Source: a virus
Taxonomy: Duplodnaviria; Caudoviricetes
Strand: one strand, 5' to 3'
IMG/VR virus record: IMGVR_UViG_3300022602_000004
Location: 1,537-65,536 of that record
DNA length: 64,000 bases
Part shown: piece by piece, positions 9,340 through 19,019 of the stretch
How the letters are laid out: each line of letters begins with the position of its first letter
Numbering within the stretch: the stretch's first letter is position 1
The notes under the pieces: generated by a model
What the model was told of the DNA's origin: nothing
Databases searched by the model: none
Seen by the model: only the letters and a program-made list of their open reading frames with translations
Program-made: the position numbers and the translations under genes

Positions 9340-12300
9340 GGCTTTAAACCATATCCTCTGAACTGTTGTACAAGTTCATACTTAACAATGTTCTCTTCTT
9401 GCTTAATACCTTTCAAGGCTTCTGCTCGCTCTTTTGGGTTAAGCCCCTGCATCAATCTAATTTGATTAGCTTGTTGACGCAGTTCTTTTAATCTGCCATT
9501 AACTTGATGGTTATAAAAATCAATAATTTCTGGATCAAGCGGATTCTTTTCAAGATAACTGGCTTCTACTTCTGGCTTTAATTGAGCCTGTGTATAGACT
9601 TTTTCTTTTTCTTTAATTTGATTTTCAATAGATGAAAACTCGCGGCTATCTACGTTTGGTACAGAACCAATAAATGAACCAATTAATGGAGCGCTTTTTA
9701 ATCTAGCTAAAGTATCTTTTTCTTCCGCTTGCCCCGATGCTAAATACATACCATTAACTGTGGTTTCTATAACTCTAGCTGGGCCGTCTGCATAGCTATT
9801 GGAAAGGAAATAAATACTATTAGGCGACCAGTCAATAGCGCCGTCTGTAGCATCAAATAAACCTTTCGCAATGTTTTTATAAATTTCGGGAATATTGTCG
9901 CCACCTAAATAAGCATCGCCCATACGGCGGTTAGCATCGTTGTAAATGTTTTGACCTAGACCGTTCTTATTAACTACAAACTCCATAGCTGGACGTAACA
10001 TGCTAGGCGTTAAAGAATCAAGCATCCACAACGCTGGGTTGTCTTGGATTGGCATGCGGGATACTGGAATAGGTACAAATGAGTCTAAAGAGATCTGCGC
10101 TGCAATATTACCCACAGCGTTACCAAAAGACTGATGACCTGAACCAACCATAGCTAATTGAGCGCCAGCAGCTGCAAAAGAACCTAAACCAAAGCCCCAA
10201 GGCATTTGTATCGGGCTATCAGTTCCAGGGATAAAGAACCGTGCAAAGCGTGTCCATTGGCTTGGGTCATCGTTTTCTACTTTATTACGACCCAAATCAT
10301 CATCACCTGCCATCATATGTGACATGGTATAAGCCAGCGCGCCAAGACCCATTAAAGCCGTAGCCATATATCTTGCGTTTCTTTGGCGTTCTGCAAAGTT
10401 TTTTCTAAATGTATCAAGCGCTTCTTTACTGGTTCCGGGCGGTAAATCTCTAATTACATTTTCAACGCTTTGGAATGCAGGTGCAATAGCTTCAATAGCA
10501 CGAACAGCGCCAGTTGCAGATGGGCGGAAGAACATAAATACGGAACCAAGTTCTTTACCATACTTACCTACCTGTTCAAAGTTAGCTAAATTTTTAGCGT
10601 ATTCAACTGCTTTATTAGAAGCAGCTTCTTCATCCATACCACTTGCTTTAAAGTTTTGTTTTGATATAGCGTATGCGGCAGAACGGCTAGATAATTCAAA
10701 CATGTTATTCCATATGTCTAAAAACTTATCTAGTTGATCTTTACTACGCATTATTCTGCTACGACCTAAATCTTTATTTAATTGTTGTAAATTAGATTTA
10801 ATAGAAAGACCTTGCAAGTAACTAACTAAACCGCCTTTTTGGATATACTCATGCATATCCTTGATGATTGGATCACCACCTTTATGGTCACCATTTTTAC
10901 CTCCAGGTCCATACGCTAGTTTTTCAATTTCAGCCATGTCATTGTTTTCATACAACGAAGCTACTTTCATAGCTTTACCTAGGCTGTTTTGAGCCACAAC
11001 CTTGGTAGAAATATCAGCAATAAATTTAGCTGATTGCATCGGACCCATTTCAGCGCCAATAGCCCAAGCGTTGGTTAACGCGTCACGAACAAAGTTTAAA
11101 GGTGCAAAGTTAAAGTTATAACGAGTATGCATCATACCCAACGTGCTAGTAATTTTATTAGCTACATCAACCATAGGATTGGTTTGGGTAAACGTACGAC
11201 GGATAGACTCAAGCATTCTTCTATCTTTACCAGCGATTTCAATAACATCAATGCTACCATCTGGGTTGTAGTGGAATACGGTATTTTCTTTAGGTAATTT
11301 ATTTAATACGTCATCGCTTTTGCGGTCTTCAAAATTTAAATGAAGAATAACTTTTGCATGTTTTAAAATACCTTGACCATTAGGATTTAATTTTTTATCG
11401 TAAGCAGCTGCGTTTTTAATTGCTAAAGTCAAATCTTTACGACCGGCACGTCCCGCGGCGCTTACCGCATCTTTCATAGATTGAAGAACTACGTTATCAG
11501 ATTCTGTTGTACGACCTTCAAATGAATAGATTTTATCTTGTAATTCTCTACCCATACGTTTACTGTTAAAGTTTAAAGCTTCATCTTCATCTGTATGAAA
11601 CCCAACTAAAGGTACGTAATGATCCCAACCATAAAAAGCTACGTGGTTACTTACAGGCTGTGACCAATAGTTAGCCATTTTATTAAGCTCAGTTGTCTTA
11701 GTATGAAGCTCTTTAAGTTGTTCAAGCGCAGTATCTATTTCTTTTTTGTATGAAAATTTATGATATTCCAACAAACGTTGTTGCGCTTTTTGAAACGTTA
11801 ATGCGGATACGTTATATTCTACGTTATCAATATTTGTAGGCACCCCAATACGCGCCCCGTTTTGGTCTACTTTTTGCCGTGGGCTTTCACCTAGTTCATT
11901 AACATACTTGGTGTTGGGCGATAGCTCACCTTTAGAATTTTTAGTAAATACAATAGCGTTTAATTCATGCCGTAATTGGCGAGCTTGTGCGTCAGTAGTT
12001 TTATTATCGTTTAATTTACTAAATGCCATATCACGGAACTCTGCGGCAGTCATCTTTTGACCGTTATGAGTAAAGTCTTTTTTAGTATTATCTAATGGAA
12101 CAATTTTTAAATACTTAACTTCACGGCGCTCGTAATCGTGTAAAGCTACTGCAATATCATGGACTCTATCTAAAGTTTGTTGAATATTTAATCCAGATGA
12201 TTTAGATATATCATAAATAGCTTTGTCTAATTTTTCTCTTGTACCTTCAATAACAGATCGGTATAAATTCATAGCTTGTGCCGGCGCACGGACTAATTGC

Positions 12301-15300
12301 CCGTATATGTTATTCATCTTATTACCAGCGTAATAAATTAAACCAGCCAAGTCATTAATGTTTTGCCAGTGTTTAACTTCATACCGATCGTTTTGAACAG
12401 CGTTAGCGATCCGTCTCCAGCCTTGGCGTGTAAATAATAAATCTTTAAAGTATTTAAGATTCTTAGGTTGGTCTTTTTCTTTGATAGTAGTACCGTTACT
12501 ATCACTAGTCCACAACGTATCTTCAGTTTCTGCTTTTTTGGCATAAGATACTTCTTTACCAATAATGCCTTCGCTTGGCGCTGAGATAAGTCTAGCTAAA
12601 TCTTCAGCAATCTCTTTAAAGTTTACTGCTTCATCTTTACTGCTTACACCAAATACATTAGCAAGAGTTCTAACAATAGCTGTAAACATATTGTCTTTTG
12701 GCGCATAAGTAGATTCAGACGGCATCAACGCCAAATCCATTTGAAAATTAGAATTAGACCAAAACTCTGCAGCAAATTCTTTTATTGTGCCAATGTTATA
12801 TTTATTACCAAACTTAGCTTTAATCTTCTTGTAGTTATTATTTAATCTGTTTAATGCGGCGCGCGCTTCATCGCGTTTTTCGCCCGGCAAGGATTTAATA
12901 TAAGCTTCTGGATTATCAAATACGTGGTCTAACACGGAGTGCGATACTTCGTGCAAAGCAACTTCATCTAATGCGCGTTTACCTGTATAACCTTGTTCAT
13001 CATTACCTTGAATAGTAATAGTATCAGTAGCTGGATCATATTTACCGGGTGCGCCATTTTCTACTTCACCAAATTGAATCTTAGTATTAGTAGTAAATGT
13101 AGCTAGTAAGTTATCAAATATATTAGCAATCTGAACGGTAGCTGGATCACTGCCACGTCTTGTTCCGCCAACGGCTTTTAATAAAGCTGGTAAGCTTTTA
13201 TCTTTAATTGCCTGTGTAATATTCTGTATCCGTTTAGATACAGTTCTTTCTTTAGGAGAAGGAGGAGTCTTTTCTCTCTTAGGCAATACTTTTTCAGCGG
13301 CGGCAGATACTTCTTTAGCTGTCTGTTCTAAATCTTTTTCTTCACTAGCTTCTTTTTCAGCGGCTTCGTTTGCTTGTTTTTCACGCTCAGCTACGTCTGT
13401 TTTGGCTTCTTCCAGCTGTTGTTGTACATCAAAGAATGCTTTATCTTTTTGCTTCTTTTCTCTATTTTTGCGTTGGTCAGCTTCAGTAGTTTGTTTCTTA
13501 CGGCGTTCTCCAGCAATAACTTCATCTGCAAAAGAACGTTGCGCAACAGCATTAACTTTGGCTTGTTGTAAAGGCTCTAACGTACTTACAAACTGATTAC
13601 GAGACTCTTGGTCTTTTTTGCGGGTAGTGGCTTCACTCTTATCAAAATTAGTTTTGCCAGAGTGCTTGTCATATAAATCTACTAGCTCTTGTTCAGACAT
13701 AAACTCAAGGGGTGCCCCAGGTTTAAAATCTTTTATTTGTGCTAAAGCAGCTTTAATGGCTTTAGGACTTTCGCCGTTATCTTTCATTTGCGAAGCTAAT
13801 TTATCGCGCTTTTCTTGTTGCTGTTTATTTTTTTCTTCAGCTATTGTTTTAAGTTCTGGTAATACACCATTTTTATAGTCAACAGTATCGTAAGCATCAA
13901 ATGCCTGCTCATGTCCGGCATGATTAATACCTGTGTCAACATCTCCCGGTGCCTGTGCGCTATATACACTTTGAGTAGTTAAATAAGGTTTTTGTTCTTC
14001 AGTACCTAAGTTTTTTTGTGCTTTTATAGCTTCTACTCTTTGTTCCGCCGCAGACTTTTCTTTACCTTGTTGCTCAAGTCTATTTGCTTCTTCATTTAAA
14101 GCTCTAACCTGTGCGGCTCTTTGTTGTAGTGCCTCACCATCCAACCCACTATCTGGATTAAGTACGTCTTTATTTAATTCAAACGCTTGCTGACGAAGCT
14201 GTTCTATTTTTTCACCTAGTGTAGCGCGCTTTGGTCCTTCTCCTGCTTCAGACAAGTCAACAAATGGCTTAACTCCACCCAATCCTCCAGTGTCAGTGGT
14301 GGTAGTTCCTGAGGTAATTCCAGTGCTTCCTTGTTGTCCAGGTACTTGAGTGCCAGTTCTATCTGTTCCAGTGACAGTTGTTGTTCCGACATTTTGCGTC
14401 TCCTGTGTTAAATGATTTTTTAATGCTTCTAATGCTCTATCTCTAAACCCAGGACCAGTATCTGGCATTGTTGCGCCCACCGCCGCTAAATGTTTTTTAA
14501 GTGTAGAAGCGTTAGGTTGTGTTTCACCAGAATCTATTTTAGCAAGATAGTCAGATGCTTCTTGTTTAGGTACGTCATAAATAGATTCTTTAGCCGTTGT
14601 TTGGTCTGGCGCTACTTCATCTTTAATTTCTGGTTCTACAAGTGGTTTACCATCTGGACCTAGCGTAACAGGTGAGTTACCTTGTTTAGTAGCTAAAGCT
14701 TTTTCTTCTGCAGTTTCACCAACTCTATGCGCTAGATTAGCCCTGACACCACCAATACCAGCAGGGGCTACCGACATGGCATAAGAAGCGCCAATAGTAT
14801 TTAAATAGTCTTTAAGAGCGTCGGCATCAGTTAATGACATGTTTGCGCCGTAGCGCTGCGCAATCTCTTGAATTGTTTCTGGGACAGCTTCTTTAGTACC
14901 AGTAAGCGCAATAGCCTTAGCTATGTCTTGAATCATCTTGCCAGAAGACTTAGCTGCCATACCGTCTAAAGCATGTAACCCAATCTTTTCTGTAAAATAA
15001 TCGGCGACTCCATGTACTAATGCGGCTGGTACTACACGACCCATATCTATATCAGTAGGGGCACGACCTTCTTCTTGGGCTTGCTGTACCGCTTGTTGTG
15101 TAACTTCACCAGCTCCGTGTAAACCAGCTTGCGAAATAAGACCCATATTACCGCCAATGTTCTTAGCGGCTGTGCTAGCGTATTGTCTAGCTTGTATATC
15201 TGTTAATGTTTTAGCGGTTTCGTCGGCAATAAATTTTTCAGACGCTGATTTGGCAGCTGCTTGTGCGGCTTCTTTAGTTGCGCCCGCGGCTAATTCTTTT

Positions 15301-15875
15301 TGTGCGGTTTCTTTTAAAACACTCTCCGCAGCCATTAGAACGCCTTTTTTCACTAATGACTTTTCTACTACACCAGCCACAGCGCCCGGTAATGCCGCAG
15401 CACCCATACTTGTTAAAGCACCCGTGCCAGCACCAATTCCCATAAAGCCAAGAGTCTCAAGGATATTACCTGCCCCGCTACCCATTTGGTATGGAAGCCA
15501 ATCACCTACTACAGAACCAATACCTTTTTTCCAAGCTTCAGTTAAATCGTCGGTAGGCTTAACTTCTGTTCTAGCTTCGCCCTGTTTCATGGACTCTAAA
15601 CCAGACTGCATTAAATTTTCACTACCAAGCGCTTTACCAGCTAATACTTTAGCTCCGCCATATACTTGTTGAAGGCTACCTAATTCATTAGTAAGACCGC
15701 GCATAAAATCTGGCGCGTTTTCACCTACTTGTTTAGGTCCTTCTTGCGGCGCAGCTTCTTCAGATTTAGCAACAAATCTACCTAATGGATCAGCCTGCGG
15801 TTGCTGCTCAAGCTGAAAACCCTCAGGCAAATTTGGCTTTTGCTCTTCAAGTTGAAACCCTTCTGGGAGATTCAT
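9336..15875 (-). CDS. Giant internal virion/ejection protein (large polyvalent protein-like; zincin motif, LPD38-like C-terminus)
   Basis: 2179 aa, last late gene; HEVSH...EFAAE metallopeptidase motif; hydrophobic Gly/Ala segments; QMPWGFGLG region. Confidence 0.75.
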   Translation of the reverse strand: MNLPEGFQLEEQKPNLPEGFQLEQQPQADPLGRFVAKSEEAAPQEGPKQVGENAPDFMRGLTNELGSLQQVYGGAKVLAGKALGSENLMQSGLESMKQGEARTEVKPTDDLTEAWKKGIGSVVGDWLPYQMGSGAGNILETLGFMGIGAGTGALTSMGAAALPGAVAGVVEKSLVKKGVLMAAESVLKETAQKELAAGATKEAAQAAAKSASEKFIADETAKTLTDIQARQYASTAAKNIGGNMGLISQAGLHGAGEVTQQAVQQAQEEGRAPTDIDMGRVVPAALVHGVADYFTEKIGLHALDGMAAKSSGKMIQDIAKAIALTGTKEAVPETIQEIAQRYGANMSLTDADALKDYLNTIGASYAMSVAPAGIGGVRANLAHRVGETAEEKALATKQGNSPVTLGPDGKPLVEPEIKDEVAPDQTTAKESIYDVPKQEASDYLAKIDSGETQPNASTLKKHLAAVGATMPDTGPGFRDRALEALKNHLTQETQNVGTTTVTGTDRTGTQVPGQQGSTGITSGTTTTDTGGLGGVKPFVDLSEAGEGPKRATLGEKIEQLRQQAFELNKDVLNPDSGLDGEALQQRAAQVRALNEEANRLEQQGKEKSAAEQRVEAIKAQKNLGTEEQKPYLTTQSVYSAQAPGDVDTGINHAGHEQAFDAYDTVDYKNGVLPELKTIAEEKNKQQQEKRDKLASQMKDNGESPKAIKAALAQIKDFKPGAPLEFMSEQELVDLYDKHSGKTNFDKSEATTRKKDQESRNQFVSTLEPLQQAKVNAVAQRSFADEVIAGERRKKQTTEADQRKNREKKQKDKAFFDVQQQLEEAKTDVAEREKQANEAAEKEASEEKDLEQTAKEVSAAAEKVLPKREKTPPSPKERTVSKRIQNITQAIKDKSLPALLKAVGGTRRGSDPATVQIANIFDNLLATFTTNTKIQFGEVENGAPGKYDPATDTITIQGNDEQGYTGKRALDEVALHEVSHSVLDHVFDNPEAYIKSLPGEKRDEARAALNRLNNNYKKIKAKFGNKYNIGTIKEFAAEFWSNSNFQMDLALMPSESTYAPKDNMFTAIVRTLANVFGVSSKDEAVNFKEIAEDLARLISAPSEGIIGKEVSYAKKAETEDTLWTSDSNGTTIKEKDQPKNLKYFKDLLFTRQGWRRIANAVQNDRYEVKHWQNINDLAGLIYYAGNKMNNIYGQLVRAPAQAMNLYRSVIEGTREKLDKAIYDISKSSGLNIQQTLDRVHDIAVALHDYERREVKYLKIVPLDNTKKDFTHNGQKMTAAEFRDMAFSKLNDNKTTDAQARQLRHELNAIVFTKNSKGELSPNTKYVNELGESPRQKVDQNGARIGVPTNIDNVEYNVSALTFQKAQQRLLEYHKFSYKKEIDTALEQLKELHTKTTELNKMANYWSQPVSNHVAFYGWDHYVPLVGFHTDEDEALNFNSKRMGRELQDKIYSFEGRTTESDNVVLQSMKDAVSAAGRAGRKDLTLAIKNAAAYDKKLNPNGQGILKHAKVILHLNFEDRKSDDVLNKLPKENTVFHYNPDGSIDVIEIAGKDRRMLESIRRTFTQTNPMVDVANKITSTLGMMHTRYNFNFAPLNFVRDALTNAWAIGAEMGPMQSAKFIADISTKVVAQNSLGKAMKVASLYENNDMAEIEKLAYGPGGKNGDHKGGDPIIKDMHEYIQKGGLVSYLQGLSIKSNLQQLNKDLGRSRIMRSKDQLDKFLDIWNNMFELSSRSAAYAISKQNFKASGMDEEAASNKAVEYAKNLANFEQVGKYGKELGSVFMFFRPSATGAVRAIEAIAPAFQSVENVIRDLPPGTSKEALDTFRKNFAERQRNARYMATALMGLGALAYTMSHMMAGDDDLGRNKVENDDPSQWTRFARFFIPGTDSPIQMPWGFGLGSFAAAGAQLAMVGSGHQSFGNAVGNIAAQISLDSFVPIPVSRMPIQDNPALWMLDSLTPSMLRPAMEFVVNKNGLGQNIYNDANRRMGDAYLGGDNIPEIYKNIAKGLFDATDGAIDWSPNSIYFLSNSYADGPARVIETTVNGMYLASGQAEEKDTLARLKSAPLIGSFIGSVPNVDSREFSSIENQIKEKEKVYTQAQLKPEVEASYLEKNPLDPEIIDFYNHQVNGRLKELRQQANQIRLMQGLNPKERAEALKGIKQEENIVKYELVQQFRGYGLKP

Positions 15876-18559
15876 TATTTAACTCCAACAGGCTGCCAAG
15901 TTTTTCCACCATCATTAGATATAATACGGTCGCCCTTACCATTAGAAGCGTACAAAGGAGTAGACGCAGCTGCTGGTGCAGCGTTGCTTGAAGTTTTAAA
16001 CTTTGCTGGGGTAACATTTTCCATAACTTGTGAAGCGCGTTCGCTATTGGCCTTCATTCTTGCTTCAGCATCAGCAAGAGTTTTTTGCGCTATATCATAT
16101 GAATTTTTACCAAAATCACTTGTATTTTTTGCAAAGACTTTTACATCTTGTTTAGCTTTTTTATACTCGTCAGAATTTCGTATTTTTTCATTAGCAGCTT
16201 CCATATTTTCTACAAGTTTAGCGCCAGCTAAATAATTTGTATTTTCTTTTGTAGCTCCAGCTTTAGCATACTCTGCACCAACTTGCGCCATTTTAGTTTG
16301 GTAATCCATTATATAGTGGCTTGCTTCCAAATAATTTTTAGTCGCATCTTGTTTTAATTTATAAGCTTCACTAACCATACCGGCGCGTTCTAAGCGGTCT
16401 GATTTATAAATAGCGGCAATAGCATCGTCTACTTTATTCATTGCTTCATTACGTTTATCTGCACTACTAATTAAAGCTGGAATAGCTGATTGAACGCCAG
16501 TCATAGCAGCTACAATAAATGAACCGGGAGTAGTTGCCATTTTTGCAAACAACTGGGCATAAGCAAGATTGTCTCTAGTCTTAGCTGCTTTTTCTTCACG
16601 TTGGCGAATAGCTTCTTGTCTATCAACTTGGCTTTGTACATCATTTGGTCCAAGTAAATCTTGTTGTTCTTTTATTCTACTTCTTACGTAGTCGTCATCT
16701 GGCAGCTTCATACCAAATATATTGGTTGAGTTTGGATCAGTAGCGTTTCTAATTGTAGCTTCTTTAGCTTTAGCTTCGATTGTGCTATGGGCTTCACCAG
16801 GTGACAGTTGTTGTTTTGGCGCAGCTTGTTTAATAGAACCAGGCGCAACAGCAGGGGCGGCAGCGGGGGGATTAACTGCTGGAGTGGCGGCAGGAGTAGC
16901 AGCAGGAGTAGCAGGAGTAGCAGCGGGGGCGGCGTTAGTTATAGCACCGGGAGCTGGCTGTGCATTTCTAGCTTTGATTTGGTCATATTGCGCTTGAGTA
17001 ATTTGTTTATCTGCTAATAGCGCCTCAGGAGAACCTGATGTATTACGTTTCCACCAATCAGAAATACCACGACCGACATCCCCAAAATTACCAGTATCAG
17101 ATATTCCTGTATTTACTCCCATTGCATTAGAAGTATCTATAGGAGTTGGAGGCGCAGCTGGAGCAGGTTTAGGCGGTACATACCCAGATTCAGTGGCTTG
17201 ACGTTGTGCTGCTTCAATATAAGCTTTATTAACCATAGCTGGATCAGCTTGAGTTGGTTGGTCAGATTGTACTAAACTTTGATTATTTTCTGGAGTGCTA
17301 TCAGCAAAGGCAATAATGCCACCACCAGCCGCCGTCATAGGTGCGCCAGCGCGCATTGCAAGAATACTTTTAATTTGATTTTTAATGGTATCGCTATCAG
17401 TTGAAGCCAGTTCTTTTTGCAAATCTAAAGTAGGCATGTCCATTAAATCATACTTGGTACTATCAACAATATCACCTTCACCATAGCTAGCAATACCACC
17501 ACTAGCCATCTTTTTAGACTTAAGCAAACCACCTTCTTTAGATTTAGTTAACGCGCTAAGTGTTGCGGCAGTGCCTGCGGCGCCCACGCCTTGAGCTAAT
17601 GAACTTGGCGCTGCTTGATATTGCTGGGTAGTTGCAGATTGCATTGGTAGACCACGCAACATATTGGACATAGTGCCCAACTCCATAAGCGGATATTGCT
17701 GCGCTGTAGCGTAGTTTTGAATGCCTTGGTTAATAACGTTTTGCGCGTTCTGTTGTTGCAACTGACCTTGCGCTGCTTGTGTACCAAGAATACTTTGTTG
17801 CGCTGCAAGCTGCTGTCCACCTAAACCAGCTAATTGATTAGCTCCACTTAGACCTTGACCAATTGCGCCAAGTGCGGCTTGGTTTGCTTGTAACTGATAG
17901 CCAGCGTCTTGGTTGTATTGGTTTTGTGCAGCGCCAAAAGCTTGGTTATAGGCATTACCAATTAATTGATTTTGCGCCAACATTTGGTTTTGTTGATTTA
18001 AACCTTGTTGTAACGCGCTACGTGTTCCACCAAAAGCACCTTGCCCAGTAGCTTGACCGGCCATTTGAGTTCCAGCTATACCGTACTGTTGATTAGCTAA
18101 TTGCAGTGCTGGAGCTAAAGCGTTTTGAATGTAGGGGTTCATATAACCACCTACTTGGTTTTGAAAGTTTTGTGGGTTAGCCGCTTGACCTAGCGCAGCA
18201 TTTTGGTTGGCTAAGTTATATGACCCCATAATACCCTGACCGGTAACACCCATAGCTTGTCCATATTGACCCGGTGTTTGTAAATTAGCAGCGGAAGATT
18301 GAGCTTGTTGTTGGAGCGGAGAAAACCCTGCCACAGCTTGCTGAGCATTTTGTAACTCTTGGGCATTCATCCCTGTATAGGGTTGATACTGATTAAACCC
18401 AGTTATGTTTCCGCTAGAGTCGCTATTAAACAGCTGCGCTTGAGTAGCGTTAAGCATGTTTGTAACATACGGCTGCGCATAATCAGGAATATTAGTCTGA
18501 TATACGTTACTAGACGTTTGTTGTGGTGCTGCTGGTGCTGATCCGCCGCCTCCGCCCAT
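15875..18559 (-). CDS. Internal virion (DNA ejection) protein
   Basis: Gln/Ala/Gly-rich, YMNPYIQN motif, N-terminal MGGGGGS, Pro/Ala/Thr linker; gene position. Confidence 0.7.
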   Translation of the reverse strand: MGGGGGSAPAAPQQTSSNVYQTNIPDYAQPYVTNMLNATQAQLFNSDSSGNITGFNQYQPYTGMNAQELQNAQQAVAGFSPLQQQAQSSAANLQTPGQYGQAMGVTGQGIMGSYNLANQNAALGQAANPQNFQNQVGGYMNPYIQNALAPALQLANQQYGIAGTQMAGQATGQGAFGGTRSALQQGLNQQNQMLAQNQLIGNAYNQAFGAAQNQYNQDAGYQLQANQAALGAIGQGLSGANQLAGLGGQQLAAQQSILGTQAAQGQLQQQNAQNVINQGIQNYATAQQYPLMELGTMSNMLRGLPMQSATTQQYQAAPSSLAQGVGAAGTAATLSALTKSKEGGLLKSKKMASGGIASYGEGDIVDSTKYDLMDMPTLDLQKELASTDSDTIKNQIKSILAMRAGAPMTAAGGGIIAFADSTPENNQSLVQSDQPTQADPAMVNKAYIEAAQRQATESGYVPPKPAPAAPPTPIDTSNAMGVNTGISDTGNFGDVGRGISDWWKRNTSGSPEALLADKQITQAQYDQIKARNAQPAPGAITNAAPAATPATPAATPAATPAVNPPAAAPAVAPGSIKQAAPKQQLSPGEAHSTIEAKAKEATIRNATDPNSTNIFGMKLPDDDYVRSRIKEQQDLLGPNDVQSQVDRQEAIRQREEKAAKTRDNLAYAQLFAKMATTPGSFIVAAMTGVQSAIPALISSADKRNEAMNKVDDAIAAIYKSDRLERAGMVSEAYKLKQDATKNYLEASHYIMDYQTKMAQVGAEYAKAGATKENTNYLAGAKLVENMEAANEKIRNSDEYKKAKQDVKVFAKNTSDFGKNSYDIAQKTLADAEARMKANSERASQVMENVTPAKFKTSSNAAPAAASTPLYASNGKGDRIISNDGGKTWQPVGVK

Positions 18560-18560
18560 A

Positions 18561-19019
18561 TTAATTTCCTATCATTTTGCTAAAAACTTTATCAGTTTGT
18601 TTATAACCCAAATACTCGAATAATCTGGAATTGTCCAAATGCACTTTAGTATGCATAATTATTCTTTGTACCCCACGTTCTTTCAATACCTTTTCAGCAT
18701 ACTGAAATAACTTAATTCCTACTCTACCTTTGCGATAATCTTTTCGCACAAAATACAAATCTTCTGTTGCCGTAATACAGGACTTATAATGCAAGTGGGG
18801 GGATATAAAAAATATAATGTACCCAATCAATTCACCATCTGCCCTACAAGTAATAACTCTTAACATTCCTGCTTCAGCTAAACGTCTATATGCGTCATAG
18901 TCTGGTTCATACTCAAACTCTTTTGTTACACATAATTCATCGTAATGCGCTGGAAATAAATCATCTAACTCATTAACAATTTTAAATCCGTCTACGTCTG
19001 CGTATACAAGTGTTGTCAT
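18561..19019 (-). CDS. GNAT-family acetyltransferase
   Basis: LYFVRKDYRKGRVGIKLF acetyl-CoA motif A; LFEYLGY. Confidence 0.85.
   Translation of the reverse strand: MTTLVYADVDGFKIVNELDDLFPAHYDELCVTKEFEYEPDYDAYRRLAEAGMLRVITCRADGELIGYIIFFISPHLHYKSCITATEDLYFVRKDYRKGRVGIKLFQYAEKVLKERGVQRIIMHTKVHLDNSRLFEYLGYKQTDKVFSKMIGN

Noticed and set aside
15157-16235. Long + strand ORFs opposite virion genes (also 27215, 28587, 36872, 43401)
   Set aside because: Antisense shadows of codon-biased genes with no RBS or motifs.
16850-16935. GCAGGAGTA tandem DNA repeats
   Set aside because: They encode a Pro/Ala/Thr linker; not a separate element.
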